NCBI GenBank assembly: GCA_041666745.1
Contig: JBAYGI010000002.1
Location: forward strand, 102,291-163,316
Reading direction: 5' to 3'
DNA length: 61,026 bases
Source of the DNA: Candidatus Magasanikiibacteriota bacterium
Lineage (GTDB): Bacteria; Patescibacteriota; Patescibacteriia; Magasanikbacterales; GWA2-37-8
Shown: one piece after another, positions 9,024-17,289 of the stretch
Position numbering within the stretch: the first letter of the stretch is position 1
Layout of the letters: every line of letters starts with the position of its first letter
Notes under the pieces: model-generated
What the model saw: only the letters and a program-made list of their open reading frames with translations
Databases searched by the model: none
Told to the model about the DNA's origin: nothing
Position numbers and translations under genes: made by a program

Positions 9024-9533
9024 ATGATACTCAATATCTTTGGCGGTGGAGGTAGTGGAAAAACCACCCTCCAGTTTGCTCTCTTGGAGCAGACGGGTTT
9101 CGTAAATCTCGTTCCTTTCACTACTCGAGCTAGGAGGTCTCGAGAACAAGATGGAGTTCATTACCACTTTGTAACGCCTGAGGTGTTCGAACAATCCAAC
9201 CTAGTAATGAAGCGTTTTGCCAACAACTCAATGTATGGCGTGGCACTTCAAGATATCACAATGACTGGAATTGTTATCACCACTCTTGATCTCAACGGCA
9301 TAGCCGAGTTGGAGAGATTGAAAGTGGACGCCAGGGTCGTATTTTTGAACATTTCTGAGGCGGTGCGAATCGAACGCATGTTGGGTCGTGGCGATGATCC
9401 AACAACAGTAATGAGTCGGATTAAAATGGATCGGGAACATATTTGTTACCCAAAAACCATTTACCCTGTTCTGGAGATACGGGAGGAAAACTTCAGACAG
9501 AACTTCGATCAGGTGTTGAATTTTGTCAAATGA
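9024..9533 (+). CDS. Guanylate-kinase-like P-loop nucleotide kinase
   Basis: P-loop GGGGSGKTT and FTTRARRSREQDGVHYHFV (gmk-like TTRxxRxxE...Y.F). Visibly higher G+C than the flanking genes. Confidence 0.6.
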   Translation: MILNIFGGGGSGKTTLQFALLEQTGFVNLVPFTTRARRSREQDGVHYHFVTPEVFEQSNLVMKRFANNSMYGVALQDITMTGIVITTLDLNGIAELERLKVDARVVFLNISEAVRIERMLGRGDDPTTVMSRIKMDREHICYPKTIYPVLEIREENFRQNFDQVLNFVK

Positions 9534-9538
9534 CGCAA

Positions 9539-9575
9539 GTCGGTCGGGTGGGCGAATATCGTCCACCCGACCGAC
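9539..9575 (+). terminator. GC-rich perfect 13-bp hairpin after the kinase gene
   Basis: GTCGGTCGGGTGG-N11-CCACCCGACCGAC. There is no clear T run. Confidence 0.45.
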
Positions 9576-9598
9576 GGAATTAACTTTGTATTTGTATT

Positions 9599-10546
9599 AT
9601 GAACTCAGAAGAATTACAAAATTTAAAAATTCCACTTAAATTAGACCCAACCAAATGGAAAGAAAACAATTATGGTCCATACTATAAAACTTTTTTACTT
9701 TTTATAACCAATCAATGTAATCTGCGTTGCGCCAGTTGTTTTAATAAGAGTAATGTGGGAAATTCAGAAGAGATGAGTTTTGAATATATCAAGGCAATAG
9801 TCGATAATAATCCGCAAGTAGATAAATATGACATAATGGGTGGTGAGCCGTTAATGCATTCAGAATTGGACAAAATTTTATCTTATTTGGAAGAAAAAAA
9901 TAAAAAAATAGGGTTATATACAAATGGCATTCTTTTGGACAAATTAAAGACTACATATAAAAATCTAAAACTCAACATGTCCTTTCATTCGATTGGGGCA
10001 ATGGACGCATCGCTCAAACCGATAAGATTGATAACCAAACAAATAAAGAAATTTCAGAATATATATCCAATTAAATTGTGTTATTTAATATCCAAATACA
10101 ATAAAGAATTTTTAAAACCATTTGCGAAATACATTGAGGAAAATTTTGATAATTTATCTAAGTTAACAATTGGGGCTTTGCGAGACGAATCTGATTATTG
10201 GAATAATGAATGTGCAAATATTTTACCGCTGGAGGAATATGTGATACTTATACAAGATTTTTTAAATACATATGACGGTAAATTAAATGTTGATATTTTT
10301 ACCGAAGGTGTTATTTTTACACCCAATCTACCGAAGTCACAACCCAATCAAATTAATCGTTTTAAATGTGTCTTTGTTGGTAATAAATATACCGAATGTT
10401 TGTATGATGTGGGGATGGATTCGAAATTAGATTTCGACCCCCAGCTACCAATTGTATTCTGTGATTACGATAAATGTCCTCGTTATAATCGAGAAAATTG
10501 TCTTACTGATAAAATAAAATTATTGAGAATTCAAAATGTAATTTAG
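9599..10546 (+). CDS. Radical SAM enzyme with a C-terminal Cys cluster
   Basis: CNLRCASC (CxxxCxxC), a GGEPLMH glycine motif and 5 Cys in the last ~60 aa (possible auxiliary cluster). Confidence 0.7.
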   Translation: MNSEELQNLKIPLKLDPTKWKENNYGPYYKTFLLFITNQCNLRCASCFNKSNVGNSEEMSFEYIKAIVDNNPQVDKYDIMGGEPLMHSELDKILSYLEEKNKKIGLYTNGILLDKLKTTYKNLKLNMSFHSIGAMDASLKPIRLITKQIKKFQNIYPIKLCYLISKYNKEFLKPFAKYIEENFDNLSKLTIGALRDESDYWNNECANILPLEEYVILIQDFLNTYDGKLNVDIFTEGVIFTPNLPKSQPNQINRFKCVFVGNKYTECLYDVGMDSKLDFDPQLPIVFCDYDKCPRYNRENCLTDKIKLLRIQNVI

Positions 10547-10555
10547 ATATGGTCA

Positions 10556-10584
10556 TTGACACAATTTTAACCCCAGAGTAAACT
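10556..10584 (+). promoter_or_regulatory. Sigma70-like promoter TTGACA-N17-TAAACT
   Basis: Exact -35 hexamer and 17-nt spacer, about 160 nt upstream of the groES start. Confidence 0.55.
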
Positions 10585-10589
10585 TCATA

Positions 10590-10716
10590 AGCACCAAGAA
10601 ACCAGAGCTGGGAACAGACTCTCTCGCACGCTATAGTTCCGGGCTAGACCATAGACAGGCATAGTCCGGACAATAAGTAGACGGCGAGCAAAGTTCGTTC
10701 CCAACCTTGGCTTTTT
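10590..10716 (+). ncRNA. Candidate structured leader or sRNA upstream of groES
   Basis: A ~125-nt irregular long hairpin with helices CCAAG/CTTGG, GGGAAC/GTTCCC, CTCGC/GCGAG and TCCGGG/TCCGGA. Two G-U pairs are valid only on the + strand. It ends in CTTTTTGTTT, and the region has no ORF. Confidence 0.4.
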
Positions 10717-10744
10717 GTTTAATATTTATTTAATTTTACATAAT

Positions 10745-11050
10745 ATGAATATCAAACCATTGGGCGACCGAGTTTTGGTAAAACCGGCCAAAGAAGAGGA
10801 AGTTACCGCTTCGGGCATTTTGTTACCTTCTACCGTGGACAAAGATAAAAAGGCTGAAGGTGAAATTGTGGCCGTGGGAAATGGTGAGGCTATTGCCAGA
10901 TTGAATCTAAAAGTAGGCGATAGAGTATTGTTTAAAAAATGGGGTGGGGAGGAAGTCAAAATCGGTTCAGGTTCCAGCGAAGAAACCTTCAAAATTTTGT
11001 ATGTGGGATCAGGTGAAGATAAAAATGATATTGTTGCCACCATCTCATAA
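10745..11050 (+). CDS. groES: Co-chaperonin GroES
   Basis: MNIKPLGDRVLVKP...GEIVAVG. The listed ORF start 10715 was trimmed to ATG 10745. Confidence 0.93.
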   Translation: MNIKPLGDRVLVKPAKEEEVTASGILLPSTVDKDKKAEGEIVAVGNGEAIARLNLKVGDRVLFKKWGGEEVKIGSGSSEETFKILYVGSGEDKNDIVATIS

Positions 11051-11063
11051 TATATAATTTGTC

Positions 11064-11155
11064 GTTTGGTGGTAGGCCTTTTGGCGGGTTATGAGCCGAG
11101 GCTCATCCCTGAACTCCTCGCGGAGTGAGGAAAGCCAAAAGGCCTACCACCAAAC
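11064..11155. repeat. Family A structured palindromic element, copy A1 (forward)
   Basis: Perfect 21-bp outer stem GTTTGGTGGTAGGCCTTTTGG / CCAAAAGGCCTACCACCAAAC encloses the core GCGGGTTATGAGCCGAGGCTCATCC and a second hairpin ACTCC-TCGC-GGAGT. Confidence 0.85.
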
Positions 11156-11170
11156 TCTTTAATTTTTTAA

Positions 11171-12820
<1,650 letters not shown>

Positions 12821-12823
12821 AAT

Positions 12824-13249
12824 ATGCGGACTAAAATTCTTTCCCAAAAGCAACCACCGATTGTTGGTCTAGCTTTTGTTTTGAATTTAATTGGCAAAAA
12901 AGTTAAAGTTACAGTAGATCGACCGTTGGGAAGTACCCACCCAAAATTTGATTATAAATATCCGGTAAATTACGGTTATGTTGAAAATTTTATTTCCGGC
13001 GACGGCGATTTTCTGGATGCCTATATTTTGTTTGAGAAAAAACCACTAAAAGAATACAGTGGTGTAGTTGGTGCAGTCATACATCGTTTGGATGACAATG
13101 ATGATAAATTGATTGTATTGCCTCGTGGTAAAAAAGTGGACGTAGATGTCATTAAAAAATCTCTGTGGTTTCAGGAAAAATATTTTTGCAGTGTAATTTT
13201 TGCTAATAAAAAAATAGCCATTTTCAATCATTCGGTCAAAAAAATATAA
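12824..13249 (+). CDS. Inorganic pyrophosphatase-like protein
   Basis: YPVNYGYVENFISGDGDFLDAYIL resembles the family I PPase D-x-D-x-x-D signature. The sequence is short and divergent. Confidence 0.45.
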   Translation: MRTKILSQKQPPIVGLAFVLNLIGKKVKVTVDRPLGSTHPKFDYKYPVNYGYVENFISGDGDFLDAYILFEKKPLKEYSGVVGAVIHRLDDNDDKLIVLPRGKKVDVDVIKKSLWFQEKYFCSVIFANKKIAIFNHSVKKI

Positions 13250-13332
13250 AATAAGTTGCTTTCATTTGTTGTATTGCATTTTGCGTTTGCTTGGAGTAAA
13301 ATATATCTACTCAGTTTTTGTAATAAATATTT

Positions 13333-13824
13333 ATGATGCAACCATTGATTGATTTTTTTTCCGGATTTCCTCCTCAGTTGGCAACAGTTTTTTTGGCGAT
13401 GACTCCAGTAGGTGAGTTGCGCTTGGCTTTGCCGGTAGCCTTGTTGGTTTACAAGATGCCGTTGTTTGAGGCAATGTTTTGGTCAATATTAGGCAATATG
13501 ATTCCCGCTTTAATAATCTTACATTTTTCTGATGTTTTTCATATTTGGATACAAAAGAGGTCTGGTTATTTTTCCAAAAAATGGATCAATGTTTTGGCTC
13601 GAGCGCAATCAAAATTTTCTGGTGATTATGCAAAATACGGCCTTATTGGTTTGATGATTTTTATTGGCATTCCAATTCCCGGTACCGGCGCTTTTACCGG
13701 CGCTTTGGCAGCTTTTGTGTTTGGTATTCCTTTTAAAAAATCATGGCCTTATGTTTTGGGAGGAGTATTTATTGCCGCATGCGCCACATCCGCAATTACT
13801 CTTGGTTTGGTGAAAATTTTTTAA
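13333..13824 (+). CDS. Small membrane protein (putative small multidrug export family)
   Basis: TPVGELRLALPVAL plus four hydrophobic helices, resembling the COG2426-type family. Confidence 0.45.
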   Translation: MMQPLIDFFSGFPPQLATVFLAMTPVGELRLALPVALLVYKMPLFEAMFWSILGNMIPALIILHFSDVFHIWIQKRSGYFSKKWINVLARAQSKFSGDYAKYGLIGLMIFIGIPIPGTGAFTGALAAFVFGIPFKKSWPYVLGGVFIAACATSAITLGLVKIF

Positions 13825-13825
13825 T

Positions 13826-14902
13826 ATGAATTTGGATAAATTGCAGGTGTTGAACAAAAAGATTGAGGAGGCGATGAATCTTTTAAAATTAACGGATCTA
13901 AAAAATAAAGCCCAGCAACTTGAAGAGCAAATGAATGTTGCTGATTTTTGGTCTGATCAAAAACGCGCGCAAAATATTTCTCAAGATTACCAAAATATAA
14001 AATCTGAAGTGGAGAAGTGGGAAGAAATAAAAAAGCAAGCTGGTGACTTGTTGGAAATGGCACAGAGTGGCGACGCGAGTTTGGAAAAAGAAATAGAAAA
14101 CCAAACCGATCAACTGTATAAAAAATTTCAAGAATACGAATTGTTTTTGTTGCTCAATGGTCCATACGATCAAAACAACGCGATTGTGGCGATTCACGCC
14201 GGTAGTGGTGGCACCGAAGCGCAAGATTGGGCGGAAATGCTATTGCGGATGATTACTAGGTTTTGTGAAAAACAAAATTGGCGTATAGAAATTTTAGACG
14301 AAAGTCGTGGGGCTGAAGCGGGCTACAAATCAATCACTTTTCGTGTGACTGGTCGCTATGCTTTTGGTTATCTAAAATCCGAGCATGGCGTGCATCGCCT
14401 GGTGCGTATCTCACCCTTTGATGCGGAAAAAATGCGTCACACCTCGTTTGCTTTGATGGAAGTGTTGCCGGAATTGGATGATAAAGTAGAAATAAATATT
14501 GACTCCAAAGATTTGCGTATTGATACTTTTATGAGTGGAGGCAAAGGCGGTCAGAGTGTAAATACTACCTATAGCGCGGTGCGTATTGTGCATATCCCTA
14601 CTGGCATCAGTGTGTCGTGTCAAAACGAACGTTCGCAAATGCAAAACAAAGAAACCGCCATGAAAATTTTGAAGGCCAAACTGTTTCGTCTAGAAGAAGA
14701 AAAGCGCGCCAAAGAGCATCTGGAATTGCGTGGGGAATATAAATCCGCTGAATGGGGAAATCAGATTCGTTCATATGTTTTGCACCCGTATCATTTGGTG
14801 AAGGATCATCGTACGGAGTATGAATCTACCGATCCTGAGGGTGTCTTGGAGGGTGAATTATTACCACTGTGTGAGGCTTATTTAAAATGGATTAAAATTT
14901 AG
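13826..14902 (+). CDS. prfB: Peptide chain release factor 2
   Basis: SPF motif (RISPFD) and GGQ motif (SGGKGGQSVNT). Single uninterrupted frame. Confidence 0.93.
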   Translation: MNLDKLQVLNKKIEEAMNLLKLTDLKNKAQQLEEQMNVADFWSDQKRAQNISQDYQNIKSEVEKWEEIKKQAGDLLEMAQSGDASLEKEIENQTDQLYKKFQEYELFLLLNGPYDQNNAIVAIHAGSGGTEAQDWAEMLLRMITRFCEKQNWRIEILDESRGAEAGYKSITFRVTGRYAFGYLKSEHGVHRLVRISPFDAEKMRHTSFALMEVLPELDDKVEINIDSKDLRIDTFMSGGKGGQSVNTTYSAVRIVHIPTGISVSCQNERSQMQNKETAMKILKAKLFRLEEEKRAKEHLELRGEYKSAEWGNQIRSYVLHPYHLVKDHRTEYESTDPEGVLEGELLPLCEAYLKWIKI

Positions 14903-14907
14903 TTTGG

Positions 14908-15007
14908 TTACAGCCGTGGTAGATTGTTTTGAGCTTTTTTCGACCGCGAGGTCGAAAGGATGAGCCTCGGCTCATAACCCGCTCAAAATAATCTACCACG
15001 GCTGTAA
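14908..15007. repeat. Family A element, copy A2 (reverse orientation)
   Basis: Perfect 18-bp outer stem TTACAGCCGTGGTAGATT / AATCTACCACGGCTGTAA. Core GGATGAGCCTCGGCTCATAACCCGC. Second hairpin CGACC-GCGA-GGTCG. Confidence 0.85.
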
Positions 15008-15008
15008 A

Positions 15009-15623
15009 GTGCAATTTATGAATGTAATGTATGAGTACAATCTAGGTGTAATTACTTCCGAGATTTTGAACGGTAGGGTTTTGGTTTTTCCTACGGAGAC
15101 TTCTTATGGTATGGGGTGTGATGCTACCAATCAAGAATCGGTGGATAAGATTTTTAAAATAAAAGGGCGAGTGGAGGATAAACCGCTTTTGATCGTCGTG
15201 GATAGTATTGTCAGTGCCAAAAAATATTTGCGTTGGAATAAGACATTAGAAAAACTGGCACAAAAATATTGGCCGGGACCACTCACAATAGTGGGGGAAT
15301 ATGTCGGCGGTAATTTGGCCAAGGGTGTGGTAGGAAAAGACAACACAATTGCCGTGCGGGTGTCAAATTATTTATTTCTAAAATCAGTCACTCAAAAAAT
15401 TCAACGTCCGCTGGTCGCTACTTCCGCCAATTTAGCCGGCGCGCCAGCCTTGTTTAATCCCGAAGAAATTATAAAAGTTTTTAAAGACCAAACCGACCAA
15501 CCGGATATTATTTTGAATTTTGGTATTTTACCAATTTTGTCAGCCACAACTCTAGTAGGCGTAGTTGATAATAAAATAAAATTACTGAGACAAGGAAACC
15601 TAGTTATCAATACAAAAGAATGA
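15009..15623 (+). CDS. tsaC: L-threonylcarbamoyladenylate synthase (TsaC/YrdC/Sua5 family)
   Basis: VFPTETSYGMGCDA and SANLAGAP motifs. The start is uncertain (GTG 15009 or ATG 15018/15027). Confidence 0.85.
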   Translation: MQFMNVMYEYNLGVITSEILNGRVLVFPTETSYGMGCDATNQESVDKIFKIKGRVEDKPLLIVVDSIVSAKKYLRWNKTLEKLAQKYWPGPLTIVGEYVGGNLAKGVVGKDNTIAVRVSNYLFLKSVTQKIQRPLVATSANLAGAPALFNPEEIIKVFKDQTDQPDIILNFGILPILSATTLVGVVDNKIKLLRQGNLVINTKE

Positions 15624-15710
15624 GACATTTGGTTGATTTGAGCGGGTTATGAGCCGAGGCTCATCCTTTCAGCCTCGCGGCTGAAAAAAGCGAAAACAAC
15701 CAATTGTCTC
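15622..15710. repeat. Family A element, copy A3 (forward)
   Basis: Outer stem GAGACATTTGGTTG / CAACCAATTGTCTC with one mismatch. Core GCGGGTTATGAGCCGAGGCTCATCC. Second hairpin CAGCC-TCGC-GGCTG. Overlaps the tsaC stop codon. Confidence 0.85.
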
Positions 15711-15738
15711 ATGATGAAAACACAAGATAAACTTTTTT

Positions 15739-16593
15739 ATGAATGAAAAACTTTTTAACATCGACTACCTCAAACACCTTTGTCAAAAGTACAGTTTACG
15801 TCCATCCAAAGAATATGGCCAAAATTATCTAATCAACCCGGAAGTCATAGACACTATGATTACCGTCAGCGGTGTAAATAAAAAAGACACAGTCGTGGAA
15901 GTTGGTCCGGGATTTGGTATCCTCACTTTAAGTTTGATGGAAAAAGTAAAAAAATTACTCGCTTTTGAAATTGAAATAAAACTCAAACCGTATTGGGAGG
16001 AAATCACCACACGTTTATCACAAAGTAAAGAAAATAATTTAGAAGTTGTCTGGGGAAATGTTTTACGAACTGATCCAAAAACCTTTCCCAAGAATTATAA
16101 AGTAGTCGCTAACTTACCCTATCAGATAACTTCACCGGTCTTAAAATTATTTCTGGAAGATTTGGAAAACAAACCAAAAGAAATGACTTTAATGGTACAA
16201 AAAGAAGTAGCCCAGAGGATTTGTGCCAAACCGGGGGATATGTCGGTACTTGGTCTATCGGTGCAATATTTTGGTCAAGCGGAAATAGTCGGCGAAGTTA
16301 AAAAAAATAATTTTTGGCCGGTACCACAAGTAGATTCCGCGATAATAAAAATAATTTTATCAAAAAGAACCACAACCAAAGCGGAAGATCAAGCATTTTT
16401 CAGATTAGTAAAAATCGGCTTCGCTCAAAAAAGAAAATTACTGATAAAAAATTTATTGCCGACAATCGGTAAACAACATAAAGAAAAGTTTTTGTCCGAA
16501 CTGAAAAAGATGGGTTTTACCGAGACAGTGCGCGCCCAAGAATTGAGTGTCGCGAATTGGCAACAACTAGTGAAGATATCCACATTACTCTAA
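15739..16593 (+). CDS. rsmA: 16S rRNA (adenine1518/1519-N6)-dimethyltransferase
   Basis: GQNYLINP, VVEVGPGFGILT and ANLPYQITSP motifs. Confidence 0.92.
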   Translation: MNEKLFNIDYLKHLCQKYSLRPSKEYGQNYLINPEVIDTMITVSGVNKKDTVVEVGPGFGILTLSLMEKVKKLLAFEIEIKLKPYWEEITTRLSQSKENNLEVVWGNVLRTDPKTFPKNYKVVANLPYQITSPVLKLFLEDLENKPKEMTLMVQKEVAQRICAKPGDMSVLGLSVQYFGQAEIVGEVKKNNFWPVPQVDSAIIKIILSKRTTTKAEDQAFFRLVKIGFAQKRKLLIKNLLPTIGKQHKEKFLSELKKMGFTETVRAQELSVANWQQLVKISTLL

Positions 16594-16600
16594 TGTGGAT
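16578..16600. promoter_or_regulatory. Palindrome ATCCACATTA-CTC-TAATGTGGAT (inverted DnaA-box-like half sites, possible terminator)
   Basis: Perfect 10-bp arms overlap the rsmA stop. Followed by TTTTTGTG and a TGTTATAAT -10-like element. Confidence 0.5.
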
Positions 16601-16634
16601 TTTTGTGTTATAATATTATAAAACAATTGGGCTT

Positions 16635-17276
16635 ATGGTAGATATTGAACAACCCGTCAACAACGGCTTATCCAAAGAGCAAAAGATAGGTTTTATCTTG
16701 TTGCTAGCTTTTGCTATTTTTGCGATTGGTTTGGGTATATTGCAAATTCGCAATACGATGTATGGGCATTTTGCGTTGAACAACCAAATTCCAAGTGTTT
16801 TAAAAGATCAGGTAAATACAGTTGATGCTTTGCGTTTTCGCGATACCGACAAAGATGGCATCAGCGATTTTGATGAATTATATATTTACGGCACCAGTCC
16901 ATATTTGGCCGATTCAGATAGTGATGGTGTTCTCGATGGAGAAGAAATCAAAAAAGGCCTCAACCCAGACTGCGCCGAGGGTACAGATTGTTCGTTTACC
17001 TCCGAGGCGGCGGTAGTGGTGACAAATGTGAGTAGTACCGATGCTTCGTTGGTGGTACCAGCCGATCAGCCGGCAGCGGATTTGGAACAGGCTATCCAAG
17101 ATCCTGTGCAAGTGCGCAAAATGTTGATCAGCGCCGGAGTAAGCCAAGATGTAGTAGATAAATTTTCCGACATTGAATTGATGAAAATGATTACCGAGAT
17201 TATGGCACCATCTTCGACAGCCAATAATATCAAAAGTTTAAATACAAATATTTCAGTTTCAGGAACCAAAAAATAA
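16635..17276 (+). CDS. Membrane-anchored protein with TSP3-like Asp-rich repeats
   Basis: One TM helix (IGFILLLAFAIFAIGLGIL), then DTDKDGISDFDE and DSDSDGVLDGEE. Confidence 0.6.
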   Translation: MVDIEQPVNNGLSKEQKIGFILLLAFAIFAIGLGILQIRNTMYGHFALNNQIPSVLKDQVNTVDALRFRDTDKDGISDFDELYIYGTSPYLADSDSDGVLDGEEIKKGLNPDCAEGTDCSFTSEAAVVVTNVSSTDASLVVPADQPAADLEQAIQDPVQVRKMLISAGVSQDVVDKFSDIELMKMITEIMAPSSTANNIKSLNTNISVSGTKK

Positions 17277-17289
17277 TTTCTAACAAAAT

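Noticed and set aside
10590-10716. The groES-upstream hairpin, or the 47965-48210 RNA, as SRP (4.5S) RNA
   Set aside because: Neither has the conserved GGUCC-GGAA-GGAAGCAGCC helix 8 motif or a GNRA apical tetraloop. A partial CCAGGUCAG match on the minus strand near 48128 is not followed by the rest of the motif.
10547-10744. CIRCE (HrcA) operator upstream of groES, and also upstream of hsp20 at 45356-45465
   Set aside because: No TTAGCACTC-N9-GAGTGCTAA-like inverted repeat is present in either region.
13826-14902. Programmed +1 frameshift in prfB
   Set aside because: RF2 is encoded as one uninterrupted 358-aa frame. There is no in-frame early TGA and no CTTTGAC slippery context.
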